From the NCBI GenBank assembly GCA_963664875.1, contig OY761611.1, positions 576,001 to 640,000 of the forward strand: 64,000 nucleotides of DNA, written 5' to 3'. Every line of letters starts with the position of its first letter. The first letter of the stretch is position 1. This DNA comes from Candidatus Kapaibacterium sp. (GTDB lineage: Bacteria; Bacteroidota; Ignavibacteria; Kapaibacteriales; UBA2268). The notes under the pieces are model-generated. The model was not told the origin of the DNA, ran no database searches, and saw only the letters and a list, made by a program, of their open reading frames with translations. The position numbers and the translations under genes were made by a program. Of this stretch, positions 1 to 9,637 are shown one piece after another.

Positions 1-1579
1 AGGTTTTATACTGCCAATTTGCATTATCTAAATTTGCTATCGCTTGAAGTACTCTCCAAGTTTGTTTGCAGTTTCTCTGCTCATGTTTTGTCCATCTGTC
101 ATTATGAGCTCCCATTTTGTCTAATCGGCTCATTTTCATACCCATTCTGCCAATATTTTCTTTTGTAACCAAAGCGGGTTCGAAATGCTGCACCCTGTTT
201 TTTACATTAGTAAATGTCCCTTCTATCTCAGCATAAGTAGCAGCAGGAAGAACTATATTTGCTCTTTCGGTAAGCTTACTGTGATTGTAAGCAGCAACTA
301 CAAGCGTATCTACTTTGTCTAATGATTCAAATAGATGCGTATTATGTTGCAAATCTTCCTCTATTAAGAAGAGGCACTTTATTTTACCGGATTTAAGCAA
401 CTCAGAAACTTTATCTGATGCTTCTATTCCAAAGGTTTTTAATCCGGTTGTATTAGGCACTCTTTCTTTTGTATTGAGCATATCATCTTGCATCGCCTGC
501 TCTATGTGATTTAGAGCATAAAGATGTTTGATACTATATTTCTGAGCAAACTTCTTTAAGATAAAGGTATCTTCGTTTGTAGTTCTGCCTGAAGTAAGAA
601 TCATAATCTCATCGTTTTTATGATCTTTCAATGCCTTTGAAACAGCTTTGAAAGCATCTCGCCATTCAACTATCTTAGAAGAAATCATTGGCTCAACCAC
701 GCGGTTTTCGTTTATCCATTTATAGTCTAAACGAGCTGCATCAGACATCCAGTATTTATTAACAAACATATTCGTTCTTGGTTCTAAACGCAGGATTTCA
801 TTATTTCTGACACCTATTTTTATATTTGTTCCTGATCCATCTGTACCACAAATCGAATCGTTGAAGCTCATATCCCAAACTCTTGCTTTAAATCTAAAGT
901 CAGGACTTGTAAGTGCTCCAACAGGACAAATATCAATTACGTTCATAGAATACGGATTATCTAATTGAGTATCTTCAAAAAGTTCGATAGTAACATGATC
1001 ACCACGTTGCACGAAAGTCAGAACATCTTGTTTGCCAACTTCCTTAGAAAATCGAATACATCTTGAGCAAGATATGCAACGTTCGGCATCGAACATTACA
1101 TTAGGTCCCCACTTTTGACGTTTATCTTTATGATTTTTAGTTTCTTCAAATCTCGATGTGCCTTTGGAGTGATCAAAAGCATATTCTTGCAGTTTACATT
1201 GACCTGCTTCATCGCAAATTGGGCAGTCAAGAGGGTGATTGATAAGTAAAAACTCCATTACAGCTTCTTGAGCTTCGACAACTTTAGTTTGCTGTCGCCT
1301 TACTCTCATTCCATCTGAGACTTTAGTTGCACAGGCAATTTGGAGTTTGGGAAAATAATTAACGACATCGTCTCCGGTTTGATCTTTTTCATAATTTCCG
1401 TCAGGTAGTCTTTTGGGTAGCCCCACTTCAACTAAGCACATTCTGCAATTACCGGATACAGATAACTCAGGATGCCAGCAAAAATGAGGAATCTCAAGAC
1501 CGTTTTCATAAGCTGCTTCGATTATTGTTTGTCCGTCGCGAGCTTCAATTTTTTGACCATCAATAAATATATGAGGCAT
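1..1579 (-). CDS. nuoG: NADH-quinone oxidoreductase subunit G-like Fe-S protein (3' end runs off the window)
   Basis: Not in the ORF track because it is open at the window edge. Manual translation from ATG at 1579 gives MPHIFIDGQKIEARDGQTIIEAAYENGLEIPHFCWHPELSVSGNCRMCLVEV...IACAT...NHPLDCPICDEAGQCKLQ, i.e. the NuoG N1b and N5 cluster motifs. SD-like AGGAG upstream. Confidence 0.88.
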   Translation of the reverse strand, partial: MPHIFIDGQKIEARDGQTIIEAAYENGLEIPHFCWHPELSVSGNCRMCLVEVGLPKRLPDGNYEKDQTGDDVVNYFPKLQIACATKVSDGMRVRRQQTKVVEAQEAVMEFLLINHPLDCPICDEAGQCKLQEYAFDHSKGTSRFEETKNHKDKRQKWGPNVMFDAERCISCSRCIRFSKEVGKQDVLTFVQRGDHVTIELFEDTQLDNPYSMNVIDICPVGALTSPDFRFKARVWDMSFNDSICGTDGSGTNIKIGVRNNEILRLEPRTNMFVNKYWMSDAARLDYKWINENRVVEPMISSKIVEWRDAFKAVSKALKDHKNDEIMILTSGRTTNEDTFILKKFAQKYSIKHLYALNHIEQAMQDDMLNTKERVPNTTGLKTFGIEASDKVSELLKSGKIKCLFLIEEDLQHNTHLFESLDKVDTLVVAAYNHSKLTERANIVLPAATYAEIEGTFTNVKNRVQHFEPALVTKENIGRMGMKMSRLDKMGAHNDRWTKHEQRNCKQTWRVLQAIANLDNANWQYKT

Positions 1580-1694
1580 TAAAATGCTCCTGTCATATTC
1601 CTATACAAAGCTGATTATCAGATATGATTAAACGTTTGAATATGCAGATTCATTGTATAAAAAAGTGCTGAAACAGTAAAAAAGGTATGCTTTT

Positions 1695-2450
1695 CTAATC
1701 TTTGGGTTTGTAAATATCGGGTTCTATCAAAGCTTCTGCAATTCTCCATATTTTTTGGCACGGAAAATTGTTTAAATACAAAGAATCACCTAAAACAATT
1801 GAATCAATACCAAATTTAGCATTATTGTTTAAAGTTTCTAAGTCTTTATAATTTTTACAAGCTTCAATTAACGTAAATCTTAGTTTATAAAGCGAGTGCA
1901 TTTCTCTAAACATTTCAAAATCAGGTGTATTTGTTTCCCAATTTTTATCCAAAATAACTATCCTATTGCCACCTAAAGAATGTACCTTTTCGCAATAAGA
2001 AGAAAAGTTTATCAAGCCCGAAGAAATAAAATTATTATTATTCATTACTCCACCAAAAGCAATGCGAGAAGCAGAGTAATCTCTAATTAGTTGTTTTATT
2101 CCTTCACTATCGGAGTTGATAAGCTCACCAATCACTATTCGATAAATTCCGCTTTCTAAATACATGCGACATTCGTCTATATCTTTAAATTTAGAATATA
2201 GCTGGACTGGAATATCTATAGAATTTGCAAGGAACAAGATCGAATTGGCTGTTTCTATATTAGATTCTTTTTCCACAGAGTCTAAATCAGTTATATGAAT
2301 TGTTTTGGAATTTTCACGACGCCACAATTCTAATAATTTTAGTGGATTGTGCGAGTATTCATTATACATTGCATCTGTCTCTTTGTCTCCTTTGATACAA
2401 AAGGAACACTCACCATTTCGCATTTTTATATATGGGAAAACTAAAATCAT
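1695..2450 (-). CDS. HisA/HisF-like TIM-barrel protein with degenerate active site
   Basis: HisA-like layout (NPLKLLELWRRENSKTIHITDLD; GIDSIVLGDSLY). Catalytic Asp positions and GGG phosphate loops are not conserved. ATG at 2450; the track uses TTG at 2453. Confidence 0.7.
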   Translation of the reverse strand: MILVFPYIKMRNGECSFCIKGDKETDAMYNEYSHNPLKLLELWRRENSKTIHITDLDSVEKESNIETANSILFLANSIDIPVQLYSKFKDIDECRMYLESGIYRIVIGELINSDSEGIKQLIRDYSASRIAFGGVMNNNNFISSGLINFSSYCEKVHSLGGNRIVILDKNWETNTPDFEMFREMHSLYKLRFTLIEACKNYKDLETLNNNAKFGIDSIVLGDSLYLNNFPCQKIWRIAEALIEPDIYKPKD

Positions 2451-2454
2451 CAAT

Positions 2455-3054
2455 CTAACTCATTGCATATTTAAGAGCATTTCGTATAAGTAACTCAGCA
2501 GAAAAATCTATACCTTCGATATCTTTTAGCACTCGATTCACACATTTTTCTGCAGTATTTTTATTGTATCCTAAAGCCATCAATGCTGATATTGCTTCAT
2601 TTGCTAAGGAGCTGTTATTAGTTGCTGTAGGCTTATGATCTGATAATTCAATATCTTTGATTCTGTCTTTAAGCTCCACCAAAACCCTTTCAGCAGTTTT
2701 CTTACCTATTCCGGGTAGCTTAGTCAAAGCTAAAATATCAGCTGAAGCAATAAAACGAACCAAGTCATCAAAAGTAACTGCAGATAAAATACCCAATGCT
2801 ATCTTTGGCCCTATACCGGAAATAGATATTAGTAGCCTGAACATATCTCTTTCTGTTGCTGAAAAAAATCCATACAAGTTATGAGAATCTTCACGTGGTA
2901 TAAAATGCGAGAGGATTTTTACTTCTTCGTTTACTGCCGGTAGCTGTTCTATAGTTTTCAACGAAACAAACATCAAATAACCAACTCCATTGCACTCAAC
3001 TACAATTTCTGTGTGTTTTACCTCGGTCAATATACCTCTAAGATGATTTATCAT
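2455..3054 (-). CDS. ruvA: Holliday junction branch migration protein RuvA
   Basis: MINHLRG, GVGY, LYGF, HhH motifs ISGIGPKIAL and LPGIGKKTAER, C-terminal EAISALMALGY. Confidence 0.97.
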   Translation of the reverse strand: MINHLRGILTEVKHTEIVVECNGVGYLMFVSLKTIEQLPAVNEEVKILSHFIPREDSHNLYGFFSATERDMFRLLISISGIGPKIALGILSAVTFDDLVRFIASADILALTKLPGIGKKTAERVLVELKDRIKDIELSDHKPTATNNSSLANEAISALMALGYNKNTAEKCVNRVLKDIEGIDFSAELLIRNALKYAMS

Positions 3055-3092
3055 TGCTTCTCTTTGTTTGAGTGGATTATTGACTAATATAC

Positions 3093-3133
3093 AAAAAAAA
3101 GTCCTATCTCAACACCATTAAGATAGGACTTTT
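3093..3133 (-). terminator. Intrinsic terminator after the secreted-protein cluster
   Basis: Inverted repeat AAAAGTCCTATCT / AGATAGGACTTTT followed by a T-run on the minus strand. Confidence 0.8.
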
Positions 3134-3153
3134 GACTATTTCGTGATTCAGTA

Positions 3154-6100
3154 TTATTGTATAATCAACTTCATCATACTTTGAGTTTCGCCAATTGTAA
3201 GATTTAAGAAGTACATTCCTTTAGATTTATTTCTCAAATCAATTTCAATCATTTGACCCTGTGAAGCAAAATCATAAGACTGCTTATCAACTAACTCACC
3301 TAATGTATTGACAACATTGACAACAACAGCATTTTCAATGTTTTTATTGAATGATATAGAGAATAATCCGTTAGACGGATTTTCGGATATGGACAATACA
3401 CCTTGTTCGATTAGTTCATCGATAGACAAATCATTTACCGGAAAATCTTCAGATTTTGCAGAACAACCATTATCATTTACAATTTGAACAGAATAATCAC
3501 CATCACCTGAAATAAATAGTTTCTGTTCGTTTTGGCCACTGATTATTTTGCCATTTTTATACCATTTGTATGATGCAGCTTCAGATGAAATCAATGTATC
3601 AGTTGTAAATCTACTTATCATTGGTACTTCAGCTAAATCATATTTCTCTACTACAACAGTATCTGAATAAGCAGTACAACCATTTGAAGTTTCTGCTGAA
3701 AGATAGTATATGCCCGGCTCAGAAATTTCAATTCTTCTGTCAGTCGCACCATTAGACCACTGGTAAGTTTCAAAATCATAAGGAGCTCTAAATACTACAC
3801 TTGCATCCTCTCCACATAATGGTAAGTTACCTGATACAGATATTGTCAAAGCAGGAACTTGTTTAAAAGTTACTTTTTTAGGTTCAGACTTGTCGCTACA
3901 TCCCCAATCTTTAGGTATAGCAACAGAATAATAGCCCGTTTCAGTAACTTTTATACTTTTACTAGTTTCACCGTTAGACCAAAGGTATTTATCTGAGTTA
4001 CCTTCTGCTGTAAGAGTAACTACTTCTCCATCACATAGTTCATCAGGCGAATCTGATGAAATATTTATTTTTGTAGGATTGCAGGTAAGCAAATCAGTTT
4101 CCCAAATTCCTCGTCCATAAGTACAAGCACGAAGTTTGTTGGTATTTCCCATTATTTCGAGCTCGTTTATTATCATATTTGGCATCTCAGCACCGAGCAA
4201 CTCCCAGTAGTTAGAGCCATTATCAGTAACAAAAACACCAAGATCAGTACCGATATATAATCTATCTGGAGAGTTTTTCTGATAAACAATAGTCAACACA
4301 GGTACATTTGGTAAATTACCAGTCAAATCAGTAATATCATCACCTTCTAAAAGCAAAACTTTATTTGTTTCGTTGTAGCCTGAAACAGTAGCCCAAACTC
4401 TATCTGCATTATTCGGATCTACAGCTAAATATGTGATTTTGTTAGACCCACTGTAGATAGAAGCCCATGTCTGACCATAATCTGTCGTTTTATATATACT
4501 GGTCTGTTGTGCTACATATATCGTATTTGTGTCACTTTCTGCAACAGCAATCGCAGATATATATCTTCCATCATTAAAATCACCAAATTTTTTGAATGTT
4601 TTATAATCTCTAATATCACCTATATACAGGTCATAATATCCGACAAGCATTTGGTATGGATTTTTTGGATTCAAAATATATGGAGTCTGCCATCCATTTT
4701 CACCTGCATCGCCAACTCTTTTTGGAGTAAGAAAAATATTATAATTACTTGTAGGATTTGTGCTTCGTGAAATACGTCCTTCATAGATAGAGAAGAAGTA
4801 ATATTTTGTAGGTGTAGGAGTAATTATACCTTCAAAACCATCACCACCACCAATATATGACCATTTGTTACCTTGTTTGATAGAAGAGCCGTTATCTTGA
4901 GCACCAGCTATAGTATTACCGTTTTCTTGGTCGTTACCAAAAGCATGGAATTGCATTATGTCCATATCGTAGCACAAATCTTTCCATGTTGTACCTTTGT
5001 CTGTAGAGTAAAAGACTCCACCATCATTACAATCATATAGAATGCTACCGGATTTATTAAATACTAAATCATGGTGATCTGCATGTGAATAATTAGCAGC
5101 ATTGCCTGCATACCATAAAGTCTTTTTGTCCCATGAGTAAGTATTATTTGTGGTTCTCCATACTTCAATGCCGCCTACAAATATTCTCTGATAATCAGAT
5201 GGATCAATCGCCATTGCTAAATCGTATTCACCCTGTCCTACGTAAAAGTCATCCCCTGTACCTTCAGAACGTCCTAACAGATTTACACCTTTTGTAGCTG
5301 CATCGTACAGTGTAAAAAATTGAGCCCCATAAGAATCTGACATTTTAATATCTAAAAGAGCTGCAGTAGTACCATTTACAGAAATAGTCCAAAAAGCTTC
5401 AGGAAAAGCATCTTGGGTAACTACATCTATTCTTGATGCTCCTGATATTGTTTCTACTTTAGTCCATGTTTCGCCTAAATCAGTAGAGCGAAAAATTGAA
5501 GCTCCACCCTTTTTGATAAAAGTTGTAGCAACTAAAATATCTGGATTTTCAGGAGAATACGCTAAATCGAAAAATGGTCCCGGCTCTTTATAGCTCCATG
5601 AGTTACCACCATCAGTTGTTTTCATAATACCGGCACTTGTTGAAGCCACAACTACATTTTCATTGCGTGGATCCACTACAATTTTGCCCATTATACCTCT
5701 ATCACCGATAGAATCTGCAAGAGCTGTTATCTGCCAGTTATTTCCACCATCAGTTGTTTTTAAGATACCCACTGAATAGCAACTTCTGTTAACATTTGGA
5801 TAAGTTGCATGTGCATCACCTGTAGAAACATAAACTACATTTGGATTTGACTTTGCAATCTGAATGTCAGTAACACCCATAGAAAGATAATTTGTATAAT
5901 CAAAAGTTACCCATGATTTACCACCATCGTTTGATTTCCAAACACCACCGGTAGCTGCACCAATCCATATTTCTTGTTCGTTATTTGGGTTAAGTCTCAG
6001 ACAGTTTACTCTGCCTATACCTCTGCCTCTGGCATTATTGTCATCAGGTGAGCCAATAGGACCTAATCTTTCCCATTTATTTGATAACAAATAGTCAGGA

Positions 6101-6393
6101 GTTTTGATTTTTTTTGCTTCTTTGAATATATCCATTAGCATTTTTGCACTTGGAAACTCTCCGGTCTCATCAATCCTTTGCTCCCAAAAATGCTGCCAAC
6201 GTCTGAATTGCTTCCAGCCTTTTCTTTGATCAGCCGGTAGCCTGTTATAGTACATATTCATTTCTTCTACATATTCATAGAAGTTCTGATTATTGTCGGT
6301 GTCCAATGATTTCGAAGGGACATAATTATTTTGAGCTATCAACGTAGTAGCACAAAGAAAAAATGCGAGGGCAAGTAACTTTTTGATTTTCAT
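3154..6393 (-). CDS. Secreted BNR/Asp-box beta-propeller protein (VPS10/GH74-like fold) with Ig-like repeats and T9SS C-terminal sorting domain
   Basis: Signal peptide; many S/T-x-D-x-G-x-T/S-W Asp boxes; C-terminal NPSNGLF...KGMYFLNL...KLIIQ typical of a T9SS type A CTD. Confidence 0.8.
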   Translation of the reverse strand: MKIKKLLALAFFLCATTLIAQNNYVPSKSLDTDNNQNFYEYVEEMNMYYNRLPADQRKGWKQFRRWQHFWEQRIDETGEFPSAKMLMDIFKEAKKIKTPDYLLSNKWERLGPIGSPDDNNARGRGIGRVNCLRLNPNNEQEIWIGAATGGVWKSNDGGKSWVTFDYTNYLSMGVTDIQIAKSNPNVVYVSTGDAHATYPNVNRSCYSVGILKTTDGGNNWQITALADSIGDRGIMGKIVVDPRNENVVVASTSAGIMKTTDGGNSWSYKEPGPFFDLAYSPENPDILVATTFIKKGGASIFRSTDLGETWTKVETISGASRIDVVTQDAFPEAFWTISVNGTTAALLDIKMSDSYGAQFFTLYDAATKGVNLLGRSEGTGDDFYVGQGEYDLAMAIDPSDYQRIFVGGIEVWRTTNNTYSWDKKTLWYAGNAANYSHADHHDLVFNKSGSILYDCNDGGVFYSTDKGTTWKDLCYDMDIMQFHAFGNDQENGNTIAGAQDNGSSIKQGNKWSYIGGGDGFEGIITPTPTKYYFFSIYEGRISRSTNPTSNYNIFLTPKRVGDAGENGWQTPYILNPKNPYQMLVGYYDLYIGDIRDYKTFKKFGDFNDGRYISAIAVAESDTNTIYVAQQTSIYKTTDYGQTWASIYSGSNKITYLAVDPNNADRVWATVSGYNETNKVLLLEGDDITDLTGNLPNVPVLTIVYQKNSPDRLYIGTDLGVFVTDNGSNYWELLGAEMPNMIINELEIMGNTNKLRACTYGRGIWETDLLTCNPTKINISSDSPDELCDGEVVTLTAEGNSDKYLWSNGETSKSIKVTETGYYSVAIPKDWGCSDKSEPKKVTFKQVPALTISVSGNLPLCGEDASVVFRAPYDFETYQWSNGATDRRIEISEPGIYYLSAETSNGCTAYSDTVVVEKYDLAEVPMISRFTTDTLISSEAASYKWYKNGKIISGQNEQKLFISGDGDYSVQIVNDNGCSAKSEDFPVNDLSIDELIEQGVLSISENPSNGLFSISFNKNIENAVVVNVVNTLGELVDKQSYDFASQGQMIEIDLRNKSKGMYFLNLTIGETQSMMKLIIQ

Positions 6394-6532
6394 AACGTAC
6401 TATAAAATATAAACAAAACCTTTTTCGTGTGTTAGACACGCAAACTACAAAAAAAGTTACCTCTTTTCTAAGCACTTAATTTCTTTTAATATCATGGATT
6501 TAAAAGTTTAATATATGTTTACAGATACATTT

Positions 6533-9500
6533 TTACTTGCACTTTACCACCTTGATATTATACTGTTTCATTCCATTAGAAAACACGAAAAAATAAACTC
6601 CTTCACTATAATCAAAATTCAATTGCCTAAATATATAAGCTGAGCTACCTATATTTTCTATTTTAGATACTAGTTTGCCACTTAAATCAAAAACCTCTAA
6701 ACCGATTGTCTTCTGCTGCGAATTGAATATTTCTATGTTAATATTCTCTTTTATCTCCATAGGATACAGAACAATTTTTGTCTCATCATCTTGAATTTGA
6801 GCATATTCTATTCCAATATCTACTGTATCAGAAAAACTATAGCATCCATATTTATTGAATATTTTTGCATAATATTTTCCAATATTATCAATTCCCAAAA
6901 TATTAGAAGTTGCTTCTAATTTTGTCGAATCTCTATACCAAATATAGTCGTAACCTTTTTCTAACTCCAAAGTTCCACTTATTTCAGTGATTTCTTGTTT
7001 TGCTGGTTTAGGATAGACAATAGCTTCTAATGTATCGCTATAAGAATAGCAACCGTCTTTGCTTATTGCTTTCACATATAAATAGTCTGAATAATCTGTA
7101 TATCCGGCTCTCCCCTCAACTCCGTTGCTCCAAATATAAGCCAAAGAATCTGAATCAAAATTCTGAGCATAAGCTAAGTATTTCACATATTGTCCTTCGC
7201 ATACAGGATTGTTGCTCTGTAAAACAACAAAAACTTTCGGAGTTTCAAAGACCCAAGCATCAATATCCCTTGTTTTGTATTGTTTACCCGTACTATCTTC
7301 TACCATGCAATAATAATAACCTGTTTTTTTCACAGTTATCGTATCTGATATTGTTCCGTCGCTCCAAGCGAATTTTTTAAAAGTACCGGTACACACAAAT
7401 CTTACACTATCACCATCGCAAAAATCCCTTTCGCCTATTATGCTAATATTCGGTGATTTCGGATAGTATTTTTCAATGTCATACTGCCACAAGCCTCTCC
7501 CGTAAGTGCCTGCAAGTAATTTTCCGGTTGCTTTGCTATAGTCCATATCAAATATCATGACATTAGGGAGACTATTGCCGACTGTTTCCCACTTTTGAGT
7601 CTCTTCGTTTAAGGAAAGTATTCCTAAATCTGTCCCTATAAAGAGAGTATTATTGACTAATTCACCACAGTTACAGGAAATATTGGGGATATTATAGCTG
7701 ATATTCTCTAATACTCCATCTATATATTTCAAAACTTTTAAAGTATCTCTAAATCCTGAAAAGATAAAATAAGCTGATTTGTTATCGATTGGTACTATAT
7801 CTATGGCGTATTGAGTATCAATAAAAACAGAATCCCAACTTTTACCTTTATTTTTTGATATATAAATTCCGTTAAATGTAGAAACAAAAAAAGTGCTATC
7901 TACTAACTTCAAAGACATTGCAACTTTTGTAGGTATTCCAAAATCTGATATTTTCTCCCAGTCTATACCCATATTTGTACTTTTCCATACATTTTCAGCA
8001 GCTCCATAAATCACATTATCATCATATGTATCATATACTATGCAAGTCCTTCGAGGTCTCCACTCATAATTTCCAACCGGCTTTGCTTCCACATAATCGT
8101 ATGTGTTAATATAGTCTTCTGTATGATAAGATCTGCTACTCTGAATAGACAAAATCAAATTATTTGGGTCTTTATCTGAAAACACTGCCTCCATTCCGTC
8201 TGCACCAAACAATTGGTACCAATATCCATCTATATTTCGCATAAATCCATTATCTTGTGTACCAATAATCATATCATTACCGTAAAATTTATTGGTGCTT
8301 ATGTCATAGAGTTGAGTAATTTGCAAACCTGATGAACTGTTTATCCAAACTGAATCTGTGAGTTTTTTTCTCGAAATACCACCATCATTCGCCACAAATA
8401 TCTCATCTGAAACCGGATTATACTTTATATCATGATTATCGACGTGCATATTTTCTTGATTCATAATCCAATAAGTAGAGTCTCTATCATACTTCCACAT
8501 ATAAACTCCACCGGCATATTTGTTTGTGCTGTCTTGATCGGAAACATATAAGCACAGATTATAAAACCCTTGTCCATAAACAAAATCTAAAGAATCTATT
8601 GGTGTATAGATATTACTTATTTGTCCTGTTGGCATGTGAATTTTGTCTAAAGAGTGCATAGATTGATCTTGATTATTGGCAGCTAACATCCAGAGATAAT
8701 CAGGATGTGCCTTACTTGTAGATAATGCTATTCTAAGACACTGCCCATCATATTCTCGAAGTACATCCCAACTCAAACCATAGTCTCTTGATTCATATAC
8801 TCTTGCGCTTCCACCCCAATCAAAACTCGTCGCGTAGAATATTCCATTGTGTAAAGGATGCTGAATTAAATCCTTAAATAGAATACTATCAGTTACATAA
8901 GTCCAACTATTACCGTCTTCTGTTCTTAGCATTCCTTTATTTGTGGCAGCAAGCACTAATCTATCATTATGTCTGGAAACAGCTAATTTGTTTATAATAA
9001 GTTTATCTTGATGGAACACAGTATTCCCTTGTTCTGACCAAGTATTGCCACCATCGGTTGTTTTGAAAATGCCAACTGAATATCCAAAAGAAGTTGTCCA
9101 ACCGTGCCCGTCTCCCGTCGCTACGTAGATTATATTACTGTCCTGCATAGAAAAATCTATATCTGAAATACCGACCGACATTTTATCAAAAAATGGTACA
9201 ACATTCCAAGTCCTACCTGTATCTATAGATTTCCATAATCCTCCTGTTGCAGCTCCTGCAAAAGCAATTACCGGATTAGAAGGTAAAAAATCAATACAGG
9301 CAATTCGTCCTATTCCATACATATCCTTTTCTTCTATATCCTTGGTATAAGGACCAATGTATTGCCACTTTTTATTATAAACTTTTGATTTAGGAAGTAT
9401 GTCAAATAGATTTGAAGCATCTACGAAAGATAATCTATTTTCTTCCTTCGACATCTGTCTGGTATAGAAATAATGTTTCCATCTTTCTAATTGTTTATAA

Positions 9501-9637
9501 CCTGAATGTTTTCCCTTAAATTTGTTCTCACAAACTGATTCAAGTGTTTCGGTGTTCCGTTGCAATTCGTTTTGCGAGTACAAATTATGCGTTAGGGCAA
9601 ATAGAACCAATATTGCAATAATCAATTTTTTTATCAT
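6533..9637 (-). CDS. Secreted BNR/Asp-box beta-propeller protein with T9SS CTD (paralog 2)
   Basis: Signal peptide; Asp boxes; same motifs as 3154..6393 (GAATGGLWKS, HVDNH, GTQDNG, GTYGRGLW); C-terminal FDLSGKLV...GVYF...KVVK. Confidence 0.78.
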   Translation of the reverse strand: MIKKLIIAILVLFALTHNLYSQNELQRNTETLESVCENKFKGKHSGYKQLERWKHYFYTRQMSKEENRLSFVDASNLFDILPKSKVYNKKWQYIGPYTKDIEEKDMYGIGRIACIDFLPSNPVIAFAGAATGGLWKSIDTGRTWNVVPFFDKMSVGISDIDFSMQDSNIIYVATGDGHGWTTSFGYSVGIFKTTDGGNTWSEQGNTVFHQDKLIINKLAVSRHNDRLVLAATNKGMLRTEDGNSWTYVTDSILFKDLIQHPLHNGIFYATSFDWGGSARVYESRDYGLSWDVLREYDGQCLRIALSTSKAHPDYLWMLAANNQDQSMHSLDKIHMPTGQISNIYTPIDSLDFVYGQGFYNLCLYVSDQDSTNKYAGGVYMWKYDRDSTYWIMNQENMHVDNHDIKYNPVSDEIFVANDGGISRKKLTDSVWINSSSGLQITQLYDISTNKFYGNDMIIGTQDNGFMRNIDGYWYQLFGADGMEAVFSDKDPNNLILSIQSSRSYHTEDYINTYDYVEAKPVGNYEWRPRRTCIVYDTYDDNVIYGAAENVWKSTNMGIDWEKISDFGIPTKVAMSLKLVDSTFFVSTFNGIYISKNKGKSWDSVFIDTQYAIDIVPIDNKSAYFIFSGFRDTLKVLKYIDGVLENISYNIPNISCNCGELVNNTLFIGTDLGILSLNEETQKWETVGNSLPNVMIFDMDYSKATGKLLAGTYGRGLWQYDIEKYYPKSPNISIIGERDFCDGDSVRFVCTGTFKKFAWSDGTISDTITVKKTGYYYCMVEDSTGKQYKTRDIDAWVFETPKVFVVLQSNNPVCEGQYVKYLAYAQNFDSDSLAYIWSNGVEGRAGYTDYSDYLYVKAISKDGCYSYSDTLEAIVYPKPAKQEITEISGTLELEKGYDYIWYRDSTKLEATSNILGIDNIGKYYAKIFNKYGCYSFSDTVDIGIEYAQIQDDETKIVLYPMEIKENINIEIFNSQQKTIGLEVFDLSGKLVSKIENIGSSAYIFRQLNFDYSEGVYFFVFSNGMKQYNIKVVKCK

